In this document: positions 21,302 through 31,435 of the stretch, piece after piece
Position numbering within the stretch: position 1 is the first letter of the stretch
Layout: each line of letters begins with the position of its first letter
Assembly (NCBI GenBank): GCA_964509365.1
Contig: CAZDWN010000002.1
Coordinates: 167,671 to 231,670 of the forward strand
DNA: 64,000 nucleotides
Direction: 5' to 3'
DNA from: an uncultured Pseudomonadales bacterium
GTDB lineage: Bacteria > Patescibacteriota > Microgenomatia > UBA1400 > UBA12028
Notes under the pieces: model-generated
Databases searched by the model: none
What the model saw: the letters and a program-made list of their open reading frames with translations, nothing else
Told to the model about the DNA's origin: nothing
Made by a program: the position numbers and the translations under genes

Positions 21302-21376
21302 GGTTATGTAGAAGCAAGAATTAAGAAATACGAATCAAGGAAAAAATTCCATTATTCATGCTTCATGATTCTTGAT

Positions 21377-22879
21377 TCATGATTCGGTTATCATGAGCTC
21401 ACTATGAACCTCGTTGAACTTTTTGATTAATGCTTTTAAGAGCGTTTCGATTTCCTCATTCAACTTCTGCTCTTTTTTGAGAAGTGCGTAGACTTCTTGT
21501 CCTTCAGTACTCATGTATTCCAGGAACATTTTTTCCCAGGTGACGACTGATTCCTTTTTCACGGTATCCAAGAGGCCTCGTGTACCGGCATAGATGACGG
21601 CGATCTGCTCGGTGACATCCATAGGTCGATCCCAACCTTGCTTTAACAGTTCGGTGAGACGTTGTCCGCGGTCAATACTCGCTTTGGTCTTTGGATCGAG
21701 ATCCGATGAGAATTGCGAGAAAGCTTCGAGTTCACGAAATTGTGCAAGATCCAGCTTCATACTTCCGGCGACCTGTTTCATTGCCTTGATTTGGGCACTT
21801 CCACCGACACGTGACACAGATGTACCGACGTTGATGGCAGGCTTGATACCAGCGTTGAAAAGCCCTGATTCCAAGAAAATCTGCCCATCAGTGATACTGA
21901 TGACGTTTGTTGGAATGTATGCAGAAATATCATTTGCTTGGGTTTCAATGATTGGGAGAGCGGTGATCGATCCACCACCATTTTTTTCATCCAATCGACA
22001 CGCTCGTTCGAGCAAGCGACTGTGCAAGTAGAAGACATCTCCCGGATATGCTTCACGACCAGATGGACGACGAAGCAGCAAAGAGACTTCGCGATATGCG
22101 ACTGCTTGCTTTGAGAGATCATCGTAGATCACCAAAACATCCTTACCTTGGGCCAAGAAATATTCAGCGATGGCGGTACCCGCGTACGGTGCCAAGAATT
22201 GCATTGCAGCTGGATCAGATGCGGCAGCCGAGACAATCGTCGTATATTCCATGGCCCCATACTTTTCCAACAGAGCAGTCGTTTGCGCCAAGAATGATTG
22301 TTTCTGACCGATGGCGACGTAGACACAGATGACACCTTTGCCTTTTTGGTTGATCATCGTGGTGAGAGCGACAGCTGATTTGCCTGTGCCTCTGTCTCCG
22401 ATAATGAGCTCACGCTGCCCGCGACCGACGGGGATCATCGCATCAATAGATTTGATACCTGTCTGCAATGGGACGGTGACAGATTTACGATCGATGACAC
22501 CAGGAGCAATTTTCTCAAGCGGCTGATACGCACTGATATCAAATGCACCTTTCCCATCGATCACGTGACCGAGCGTATTGACGACGCGGCCGATGATCGC
22601 ATCACCGACACCGATTGAGAGAATTCTTCCTGTGGTTTTGACTTCTTGTCCAGTCGCAAGACCAGTACTGTCTGAGAGCAATATGACACCAACTTCTGTC
22701 TTTGAAAGGTTAAATGCGAGACCTTCGTTGCCATTTTCAAAGGTGACGATCTCACCCATCATTGCGTCATCCAGTCCTGAGACTTTGACGATACCGTCAC
22801 CTAAAGAAGTGATGATACCCACTGATTCGACAGTGGTTTGAAATGTGGTGGTTTTGATTTGGTCAAAGATTGTTTTCAT
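21377..22879 (-). CDS. atpA: F1Fo ATP synthase alpha subunit
   Basis: 500 aa with GDRGTGKSAVAL and a conserved C-terminal helical domain. Confidence 0.95.
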   Translation of the reverse strand: MKTIFDQIKTTTFQTTVESVGIITSLGDGIVKVSGLDDAMMGEIVTFENGNEGLAFNLSKTEVGVILLSDSTGLATGQEVKTTGRILSIGVGDAIIGRVVNTLGHVIDGKGAFDISAYQPLEKIAPGVIDRKSVTVPLQTGIKSIDAMIPVGRGQRELIIGDRGTGKSAVALTTMINQKGKGVICVYVAIGQKQSFLAQTTALLEKYGAMEYTTIVSAAASDPAAMQFLAPYAGTAIAEYFLAQGKDVLVIYDDLSKQAVAYREVSLLLRRPSGREAYPGDVFYLHSRLLERACRLDEKNGGGSITALPIIETQANDISAYIPTNVISITDGQIFLESGLFNAGIKPAINVGTSVSRVGGSAQIKAMKQVAGSMKLDLAQFRELEAFSQFSSDLDPKTKASIDRGQRLTELLKQGWDRPMDVTEQIAVIYAGTRGLLDTVKKESVVTWEKMFLEYMSTEGQEVYALLKKEQKLNEEIETLLKALIKKFNEVHSELMITES

Positions 22880-22882
22880 AAG

Positions 22883-23236
22883 TTAATCTCGTTTATCATC
22901 GTAGTATTTCTCGATGTCATGATGAAAGCCACTTATTTTTCCTGCTACACCTTTCTTTTCTTCTAATTTCTTTGCTTTCTTCTCTAGTCTTTTTTCCACT
23001 TTCGGCGCAGCTAACAGTGATCGAAAACTCATTTCGATATCGCTACCAACATCTTCCATTTGCGAGTCCGAGAGTTCGATTCCATACTTCTTGCCGAAAT
23101 ACTTCCCAAGCGCCATGTAATCACCACTCTTTTCCTCAATTTTGCTCCAGTGAGCTTTCACAAACTCAGCAATAACGTTCGAATAATTGTGCCCTCTTAA
23201 TCGATCATACGGACTGAAATTATTCGATTCAGTCAT
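22883..23236 (-). CDS. Hypothetical protein inserted between atpH and atpA
   Basis: 117-aa ORF with a K/E-rich C-terminus. An extra ORF at this operon position is unusual. Confidence 0.35.
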   Translation of the reverse strand: MTESNNFSPYDRLRGHNYSNVIAEFVKAHWSKIEEKSGDYMALGKYFGKKYGIELSDSQMEDVGSDIEMSFRSLLAAPKVEKRLEKKAKKLEEKKGVAGKISGFHHDIEKYYDDKRD

Positions 23237-23243
23237 AAGGAAC

Positions 23244-23713
23244 TTAACTTATACTTTTTGTAATTTGATTGACTTTACCTGCCAACGACAGATCTATGCG
23301 TTTGCCACCGATCGTGACACGCAAACCACCCAAGATTTCAGGGTTGACCTTGTATTCAAACTCAGACCCTTGAGATTTGAGAGTCTTCTCAATCTCTGCT
23401 TGTTGATCTTTATCAATTTTTATCGCTGATTCAATAATAATTTTCATATTTAAGTCCAATTAACAGCCGTATCAATGTCTTCCAACAATACTTTCATTCC
23501 CACAGAATTTTCTGATAGACGCACTGCATTTTCTTCTGCATAAGCAATAGTATTTATGATTTGCACCTGTCTATCACTTTCGCTGGACAACATCAGTTCA
23601 ACTGACGCTCTCAGATACTCGACAACATACAATCTCTCACTTGCTGTCAGTCCAACTGGATCGACAATACTTCTTCCAATTTTCCAAACGATTTCTTCAC
23701 AAGAACGAGCCAT
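23244..23713 (-). pseudogene. atpH: ATP synthase delta (OSCP) subunit split into two frames (N-terminal 87 aa and C-terminal ~70 aa) by a frameshift near 23450-23460
   Basis: The N-terminal ORF (23450-23713; EEIVWKIGRSIVD...IINTIAYAEENAVRLSEN) aligns with the delta N-terminal helices. The C-terminal ORF (23244-23459; IIESAIKIDKDQQAEIEKTLKSQGSEFEYKVNPEILGGLRVTIGGKRIDLSLAGKVNQI) is a clear delta C-terminal domain. The two frames differ by one nucleotide and overlap by 10 nt. Confidence 0.55.
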
Positions 23714-23716
23714 ACA

Positions 23717-24202
23717 TTAGATTGCTTTGGCTAGATCTTTGATTGATTGTGAGATCAATGACTTATGTGTCTTATCATCTACTTCTTTGCCGATGACTTT
23801 ACTTGCAATCGCAACCGAGAGCTTGAGCACTTCTTTCTCTGCATCTTCTTGCTTGCCTTTGATCTCAGCATCGATCTTTGCCATATCCTTTGCTCGCTGC
23901 GCATTCACTTCTTCCTTTGCATCCTTGGATAGCTTTGATTTGAGATCTTTAGCCTCTGATTTTGCGGCATCAATAACTGCCGCGGCATCTTTGTCAGCTT
24001 GCACTTTTGCTTTCTTTTTCATCGCATCGACTTGCTCTCGCTCACGCAGCGATTCTTCAGCTGCTCTGTTTGCTTCGTCGATTTTAGTGCGACGATCATC
24101 AAGCATCTTTGTCACTGGCTTTGTCAAGAAATAGGTCAATGCACCAAACACCACACCAAAGTTGATGAGTTGAAAGATGATTTGTAATACGTTTATTTCC
24201 AT
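23717..24202 (-). CDS. atpF: F1Fo ATP synthase b subunit (likely start MEINVLQ at 24202; the upstream in-frame extension is made of the repeat element)
   Basis: TM helix IIFQLINFGVVFGALTYFL followed by a long charged coiled coil, in the expected operon position. Confidence 0.8.
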   Translation of the reverse strand: MEINVLQIIFQLINFGVVFGALTYFLTKPVTKMLDDRRTKIDEANRAAEESLREREQVDAMKKKAKVQADKDAAAVIDAAKSEAKDLKSKLSKDAKEEVNAQRAKDMAKIDAEIKGKQEDAEKEVLKLSVAIASKVIGKEVDDKTHKSLISQSIKDLAKAI

Positions 24203-24213
24203 ACTGCGTGTAT

Positions 24214-24273
24214 TGTCATCCTGGCTTGTCCAGGATCTTTCCCAAGAAAAGATTCCGGTTAAACCGGAATGAC
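24214..24273. repeat. Copy B of the double-hairpin repeat, in the atpE-atpF spacer
   Basis: Contains TGTCATCCTGGCTTGTCCAGGATCTTT...GATTCCGGTTAAACCGGAATGAC. In the extended atpF reading frame it encodes SWERSWTSQDD, the same peptide as in the lysS linker (PKRSWTSQDD). Confidence 0.7.
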
Positions 24274-24284
24274 AACTCCTATTA

Positions 24285-25447
<1,163 letters not shown>

Positions 25448-25615
25448 AGAGCAATGAGTCTCTTCGTTATAGAGTACGACGTAAACACATTTTCAGGGGG
25501 TTTACCAATGTAGTATACAGAATTTTTCTCAAGGTGCAAGAACTTCTTCAGGTTTCTCTCAGTCGCCCTTACTCCTTTCTTACCTTCGCCACACGGTCCC
25601 AAGTATCCACATACG

Positions 25616-26035
25616 ATGTACTACAGATATATGGAAACACAAAATGTCACCAAGACAGTACAAACCAAACAAGTGGGAAATACAGCAGTGCGACAGGAGC
25701 AAGTCACTGCAGGCACTATCGTCGATCCAAATGAGTTTACGATCGCCAAAGCCTCGGACGTGCTCTGGTATTTTGGCCATTTGATCGCAGTGATTTTGGG
25801 TCTTCGCTTCGCTTTCTTGGCATTGGGGGCGAACTTACGAGGCATCGTGCTTTTCATTTACACGATTAGCAATGTCTTCGTCCTTCCTTTTCGCGGCATC
25901 TTTCCATCGCCAAGAGAAGGAGAGTTTTTCTTTGACACCGCTGCGTTACTCGGAATCGTGATGTTTTATTTGATCATTTTCTTGATCACGAGCGCCATCG
26001 CCCTGTTTTCAAAAAAGACTGATACGCAAGTCTAA
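25616..26035 (+). CDS. Hypothetical membrane protein
   Basis: 139 aa with three predicted TM helices. Confidence 0.4.
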   Translation: MYYRYMETQNVTKTVQTKQVGNTAVRQEQVTAGTIVDPNEFTIAKASDVLWYFGHLIAVILGLRFAFLALGANLRGIVLFIYTISNVFVLPFRGIFPSPREGEFFFDTAALLGIVMFYLIIFLITSAIALFSKKTDTQV

Positions 26036-26508
26036 TGCGAATTGAGATTTCCACACGCAATGATCGTAGGATCATCTTTTGTGGCAGTCACGACGACGGC
26101 GAGTCTTCCCAATGCGTGAATTTGGTCAATCGTCAGCTCCAAATCCGTCTCTGAGGTCCCTGAGTCTGGCACAGTGAGTGTAAAGACGGTATCTCCCAAA
26201 TCATCACATGCACCTTGCTTCACGAAAGAGGGTTGAATCTCTTCATCATCATCAGGGGCAGTGGGAAATTTGAGATACAAATAGGTGGTCGACGTCAACT
26301 CACGATACGTGGCCGTCCCGTCCATTCCGGAATTGCCAATCGCGTGAATAGGATAGACTTCATCAACATGCGGAGGGAGCGGAGTCGCTTTGATGAGCGA
26401 CCGTTCGTACTCATGTTGACGCTTGGCATTCACAAAGAATGTGCCAAGCACCACGATACACATACAGATGAAAACCCATCGCAACACCGTCATAGGTATT
26501 AGTGACAC
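26032..26508 (-). CDS. Hypothetical secreted or membrane-anchored protein
   Basis: 158 aa with an N-terminal hydrophobic segment; last gene of the minus-strand surface array. Confidence 0.35.
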   Translation of the reverse strand: MSLIPMTVLRWVFICMCIVVLGTFFVNAKRQHEYERSLIKATPLPPHVDEVYPIHAIGNSGMDGTATYRELTSTTYLYLKFPTAPDDDEEIQPSFVKQGACDDLGDTVFTLTVPDSGTSETDLELTIDQIHALGRLAVVVTATKDDPTIIACGNLNSH

Positions 26509-28751
26509 ATGGTCGTCCCTGAGTCAGTGAACGTCTTTCCTGCTTCAGGCACGAACTGCCAGTCGTAACTATTGGAATGAAGTGTCAATTTGAGGACCCC
26601 ATAGGTACTCTGGTCAAACACTTCACTATTTGGTTGACGGACAGCTAAAGTCGTGTGGTTTGCTCCACCAGTACCGACGACGAACTCTCGAATGCCTCGG
26701 ACAGGATCAGCGACGCCGTTTGCATCTTGCGGTGCAAATCGCTCATACGTGTGATCATGGCCTGAGAGGATGAGGTCTGCATTCTTACTATAGAGAAGTG
26801 CAAACATACTCTTCATGTTGATACTTGCGCGTCCACCAGATGAGTGCACTGGAATATGGTAATAGGCCATCGTGCACTGTGTTGGGTTATTCGCAAGATC
26901 TTGCTGCAACCACACATATTGTGGTGAATTCGCGTTACATCCACCTGCTTCTCCACAGTTGGAGTTGAGCACAACGATATGCCATGCACCTTTGTTATAA
27001 CTGTAGTACCCCTTTGTCGGATCACCGGCACTGGCACCGAAATAGTTAAAGTATCCACTGGCCATAGAATTCGTAGCGTTGCAAGCGGTAGATTCAGCTG
27101 GAGTGGCGCCGCCATCAGTCAAATACTCGTGATTACCGACAGCAGGATAGGTGATGGATTTAAATTGTCCCCAACTTGTGTCATAAGATGCATTATATGC
27201 TGCCAACGAACCACAGTAGTATTGATTGTCTCCGAGAGAGATGACTGCTGATGCGCTCATGGAAGCGATCAATGAGGCCGTCGCCTTGGCCCGGCAATTT
27301 GCACTCGTGCCGTTTCCGTTATTAAAGCTTGCGATTAATGGGTCACACGCGATATCTCCTGCAGCTGCGACCACTGGATCAGCACTTGGTGTGGCAGTCG
27401 GAGTAGGACTTGGTGTCACGGTAGGTGTCGGCGTTGGAGCTATGGTTGGGGTTGGTGTCGGGGTGGGAGTACCAGTCGTCGCGACGTTCACGACGAGTGT
27501 CGGCTTATTTACCGTTTCTCGTGATCCGTAATACACGGCATCGTTCGGTGAGGTATTCGCGATCGCGAAATCATAGGTTCCATTGCCAGTTACCGTCCCA
27601 GCTGGCAAAATAGCTTCGAGCCACAGAGCCACTTTTGATGGATTCGGGAAACTTGTAATAGCACTACCGAGAGCTGGCGCATTTGCCCATGTCAGGGTGC
27701 TTTCATTCCAACTTCCCGTTGGTCTAAAAATTTGGCCACTGATCGATGATCCATTGACTGGTGCGAGCACTTTCAGGCTCGTACTCGAGATCGTCGATCC
27801 AGCAGGAATCCCCGTGACGACGAAACGTACGAAACTCTTCATCGTGCGCGCAGCATCATTTTGGACTTTGAGATCCGGATCTGCTCCATAATTGACGTTG
27901 ACCGTGTTCGACTGAATATATGCATCTTCAGTTGAGGTAAATGTCAGCGGTCCGGTGACAACTGGAAGGGCGTCGGGGCTTGGCGATGGCATGACAGTCG
28001 GTGTCGCAGTCGGCATGATTGTTGGTGAGGGAGCTCGAGTCGGTGTCGCTGTTGGCGTCACATCTGGAGTGACTAGAGGTGTTGGGGTCGGTGTATCTGT
28101 CGGAGTGACCGTTGGCACTGGGGTTGGCGCCGCCCAAGTGAGTACCAATGTTGGTTTGTTCACCGTTTCGCGTGATCCAAAATAGATCGCGTCAGTTGGC
28201 GAAGTGTTCGCAATTACGACATCATAATTTCCGTTACCAGTCACAAACCCAGTAGGAAGTGTGGCTTGTGTCCACGTAGCGGTCTTTGAAGGATTCGGGA
28301 AACTCGTAAGAATGGTTCCCATGGCAGGAGCATTGGTCCATGTCAACGTATTTTCAGTCCAGGCTCCTGTCACTCGATAGATGGCTCCTCCAATGGCTGA
28401 TCCATTCGCAGGAGCGAACATTTTCAGAGTCGCACTCGTAATAGTCGCCCCATCTGGAATACCAGTGACACTAAATCGAACGTAGCTCCTCATGGTACGT
28501 ACGGCATCATTTTGGACTTTGAGATCTGGGTCAGCTCCGTAATTCACGTCCACGGTATTTGACTGAATAAACGCATCCTCAGTCGAGACAAAGGAGACCG
28601 CTGTATCCGCCACCGCCGGCGCCGTGAGGATCCGAGTTGCGAATACCAAAGCAGCCGCGATAGTTACTATCGCAGCTGCAAGGGCTATATATCGTTGATT
28701 TTTGGACACAATTGAGTTTTTCATATTGTGAAGTATATCACAATAACTCAA
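26499..28751 (-). CDS. Secreted protein with two tandem DNRLRE domains, P/T linkers and a C-terminal purple-acid-phosphatase-like metallophosphatase
   Basis: Two ~155-aa repeats (STEDA[FY]IQSNTV[DN]VNYGADPDLKVQNDA...SRETVNKPTLV) and PT-rich linkers. The metallophosphatase motifs AAAGDIACDP, LGDNQYYCG, AVGNHEY and SGHDHTYERF are all present. Confidence 0.7.
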   Translation of the reverse strand: MSYCDILHNMKNSIVSKNQRYIALAAAIVTIAAALVFATRILTAPAVADTAVSFVSTEDAFIQSNTVDVNYGADPDLKVQNDAVRTMRSYVRFSVTGIPDGATITSATLKMFAPANGSAIGGAIYRVTGAWTENTLTWTNAPAMGTILTSFPNPSKTATWTQATLPTGFVTGNGNYDVVIANTSPTDAIYFGSRETVNKPTLVLTWAAPTPVPTVTPTDTPTPTPLVTPDVTPTATPTRAPSPTIMPTATPTVMPSPSPDALPVVTGPLTFTSTEDAYIQSNTVNVNYGADPDLKVQNDAARTMKSFVRFVVTGIPAGSTISSTSLKVLAPVNGSSISGQIFRPTGSWNESTLTWANAPALGSAITSFPNPSKVALWLEAILPAGTVTGNGTYDFAIANTSPNDAVYYGSRETVNKPTLVVNVATTGTPTPTPTPTIAPTPTPTVTPSPTPTATPSADPVVAAAGDIACDPLIASFNNGNGTSANCRAKATASLIASMSASAVISLGDNQYYCGSLAAYNASYDTSWGQFKSITYPAVGNHEYLTDGGATPAESTACNATNSMASGYFNYFGASAGDPTKGYYSYNKGAWHIVVLNSNCGEAGGCNANSPQYVWLQQDLANNPTQCTMAYYHIPVHSSGGRASINMKSMFALLYSKNADLILSGHDHTYERFAPQDANGVADPVRGIREFVVGTGGANHTTLAVRQPNSEVFDQSTYGVLKLTLHSNSYDWQFVPEAGKTFTDSGTTMCH
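27491..28616 (-). repeat. Intragenic tandem duplication encoding the two DNRLRE domains
   Basis: The two protein repeats are about 70% identical, and DNA strings such as gtttctcgtgatcc recur at about 27515 and 28160. Confidence 0.5.
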
Positions 28752-28752
28752 T

Positions 28753-30906
28753 TTATTTTATTATAAGCATTGCTTTCCCACTGCTGGCCTCAGCTGAACG
28801 GAAGACACCAGAGGTAGAGTCGCTCGCAATGACGATCGATGTGACCTTCCCAGCACGACTTCTAAAGAGTGATGTCAAGTCGACACTATTGCCATTAAAC
28901 GTACCGATTTTTTGTCGGGTGATCGATGGTCGGGAATTCCAGGTTAGGATGTTTTCTCCCCAAGATGTATTGTTAATCCAGTACACACTCATACCGTTGG
29001 CGGAGCCTGAAGTTGCGGTCAATTTCAGCACAGCCGAGTGGATCTTGGATGACGAAATGCCGTCAAGGTCGAATTTTAAGTACACTTCCTTGCGAGGACT
29101 GTTGTCCACTTCTAGCGTCGTTGCCTTCCCATAGTTCGTATTCCCTGCAGACTGATTGACAGTCGCATCGTGGGTCGGGTAAAGCAGCTTACCAATGATA
29201 TCGTCATTGTCGCCATCGCCAGGTGGAGTTGTAGCCACTGGCGTAGCAGTCGGCCGAGTAGTCGGCGATGGAGTCGCAGTCGGCTGCGGAGTCACTGTCG
29301 GCGTCCCAAACGGAGTTGCCGTTGGGAATGGGGTCACATTTGGAGTACTCGTCGGTACCACCGTCGGAATTGGCGTCACAAATGGCGTTGCAGTCGCAAT
29401 TGTGGTCGGTGTCGGTGTGATCGCATTGCAGTTTGTCCCCAATCCAGTCGGGATACAAGCGGTGTTTGCCAAGAGCAGTAAAGTATCAATCTTCACTCCC
29501 GCTTCCTTTTGGATGAGCTTAAAGGTATGAGTACCTGCACCGAGAGCTGTAATTGTGCGATTAGTCGTGACTCCATCGCGATAGTCGATCCACTGCCAGC
29601 TATTGACAGGCATCGCCGCATTGTCACCAATGACTGCAGGACAGGTCGAGTCGACTTGGAGATAGTATGCATTTGAAGCAGTTCCGGCAGACATCATACG
29701 TGTCCAGATGGCGTATGTGCCAGCAGTGACATTCGTTGCCGTCAGTGTCGCACTTGGTAATCCGGTGACATTGACGTTACAGGCGACTGGCGTCGACGTT
29801 GGATTTGCTGTCACTGTTGGTGTCGGCGTAGCTGCACGAGGAGTGGCAGTTGCGGTTGGTTGCGGGATCGGAGTGGCTGTTGCTGGACGAGGCGTAGGAG
29901 ACGCAGTTGCTGGCGTGGTTGGAGGTGGCGTGACCACTGGTCCGCCATTATCCGAGATCGTGAAGCTGTCTCCAAATGTCCCACCTGCCGTACGCACAAA
30001 GCTGTACGTCATTTGTGTCGGCGTGACGACGAATTTGCCGATTCCATACGTCGTAATATCATACGAGTTAAAATATTGAGCTTCAGCGTCTCCGGTATTG
30101 AGTGAACGAAGCGATTGACCCCCAGTGCCGATGACATGAATGATTGTCCCAGCACCTTTGGTAAGTGAGTTTCCAGAATTGACGACACAAGTCGAATCAA
30201 ACGTGCCGGTCTTTGCACAGGTAAGTTGCTTTGATCGCTCATATCCATGCTCATGACCTTGCAAGATGACATCTACTCGCTTGTTTATCATCATTGGGAT
30301 GAGATCAGCACCAAGTTCATTCCCTTTTTCCATCATACTGATATAGTTTTTATGCATTCCGACGACGACCCATTTGATCCCTTTGGCGTGCGCATCATCG
30401 ATTGCGTTTGCAGTAAACGTATATCCTTGACTCCCGACTTTATAGTTTGTATCCATGCCGACAAAACTTCCACCAAGGCCTGGAGAGATCATAATGAAAC
30501 GAATATATGGGTTTGACGCTGGATAGTCCCAGTAGTATTGTTTGCCGTAGGTACCGGTGACGGTGGCAGCCGGAGCTAGACAGTTTGCAATATAGGTATT
30601 GATATTCCCGGAGCTACTTTCCCCACTGTCATGATTACCTGAGACGAGCATCAAATTCACTCCTGCAGTCTTCCAAGCTCCACACCATGACGCTTCAGCG
30701 GTCGTGTATGCGAGATCTCCTAGAGCGAGATGGAATGCTGGATTGATACCTTTCGCTGCAGCGACGGCGGCCTGAAAATTGCCACCATTGGCATAGTCAC
30801 CAGCGGCAGTAAATGTCACTGATTGCGCTCTCGCTACGGAACTGAAACTTACAAACAGAGCGGTCACTAAGGCGACGATTGGAAAAAGATAGGTGAGTTT
30901 TTTCAT
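28753..30906 (-). CDS. Secreted protein with an N-terminal metallophosphatase, a beta-rich middle region, P/T linkers and a C-terminal DNRLRE domain
   Basis: Signal peptide, then the motifs FTAAGDYANGG, LALGDLAYT, VSGNHD and LQGHEHGYERS. C-terminal NTNYGKATTLEVDNSPRKEVYLKFDL...WNSRP (DNRLRE). This is the reverse domain order of the neighbouring gene. Confidence 0.7.
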   Translation of the reverse strand: MKKLTYLFPIVALVTALFVSFSSVARAQSVTFTAAGDYANGGNFQAAVAAAKGINPAFHLALGDLAYTTAEASWCGAWKTAGVNLMLVSGNHDSGESSSGNINTYIANCLAPAATVTGTYGKQYYWDYPASNPYIRFIMISPGLGGSFVGMDTNYKVGSQGYTFTANAIDDAHAKGIKWVVVGMHKNYISMMEKGNELGADLIPMMINKRVDVILQGHEHGYERSKQLTCAKTGTFDSTCVVNSGNSLTKGAGTIIHVIGTGGQSLRSLNTGDAEAQYFNSYDITTYGIGKFVVTPTQMTYSFVRTAGGTFGDSFTISDNGGPVVTPPPTTPATASPTPRPATATPIPQPTATATPRAATPTPTVTANPTSTPVACNVNVTGLPSATLTATNVTAGTYAIWTRMMSAGTASNAYYLQVDSTCPAVIGDNAAMPVNSWQWIDYRDGVTTNRTITALGAGTHTFKLIQKEAGVKIDTLLLLANTACIPTGLGTNCNAITPTPTTIATATPFVTPIPTVVPTSTPNVTPFPTATPFGTPTVTPQPTATPSPTTRPTATPVATTPPGDGDNDDIIGKLLYPTHDATVNQSAGNTNYGKATTLEVDNSPRKEVYLKFDLDGISSSKIHSAVLKLTATSGSANGMSVYWINNTSWGENILTWNSRPSITRQKIGTFNGNSVDLTSLFRSRAGKVTSIVIASDSTSGVFRSAEASSGKAMLIIK

Positions 30907-30910
30907 ATGA

Positions 30911-31432
30911 TTAATCCAGTCGTAAATCGGCTACTATTTCTACGTTGTTTCCTTCGACTTCTGCAGCGATATACCCTTTGTATTCTACTCCATTGATCTC
31001 GGCTGAAATATGATCGACCTGTTCACCATTTGAAGTTGGATCGTCAGTCATCACAATTTTCCACCCTTGAGCTTTGAGTTCCGTCTCGTACCAACGCATG
31101 ATCTTTGGCACCTCATCATGCGAGATCCATAATACACGATACCCTTGATCAGGCTCACCTTCTTTATTTACTTTTGATGAAGCTTCGAGAGTCGCACCTG
31201 GATAGACGGGAAACGATGGGAAGCCAGCGACGATTTCACCTTTGTATTCAGGGAAGCTTGGATCTGTAGCTACTTCTTTTTTCTCAGTGTTTGCAGGATC
31301 AGATTGGACTTCCTGGAAAGCAAATCGAGGGGACGTTCCTGATTGCATGCCGCGCTTGTACCACATTCCGCCTGCAACGGCAAGGATGACGACTGCAAGG
31401 ATGACGGTGAGTGTGAGGAGTTGTTTATTCAT
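30911..31432 (-). CDS. Hypothetical membrane-anchored protein
   Basis: 173 aa with an N-terminal TM helix. Confidence 0.4.
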   Translation of the reverse strand: MNKQLLTLTVILAVVILAVAGGMWYKRGMQSGTSPRFAFQEVQSDPANTEKKEVATDPSFPEYKGEIVAGFPSFPVYPGATLEASSKVNKEGEPDQGYRVLWISHDEVPKIMRWYETELKAQGWKIVMTDDPTSNGEQVDHISAEINGVEYKGYIAAEVEGNNVEIVADLRLD

Positions 31433-31435
31433 AGA

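Noticed and set aside
21302-21376. Direct repeats CATGATTC/TTGATTCATGATTCGG in the atpA-atpG spacer
   Set aside because: Short, AT-rich, low-complexity spacer. It is probably just an internal operon spacer or RBS region, with no convincing structure or protein-binding palindrome.
27385-29945. Short periodic repeats (GGTGTCGG/GGAGTCGG) that superficially resemble CRISPR or tandem repeats
   Set aside because: They lie inside long ORFs and encode Pro/Thr linkers. There is no repeat-spacer architecture, no leader and no cas genes.
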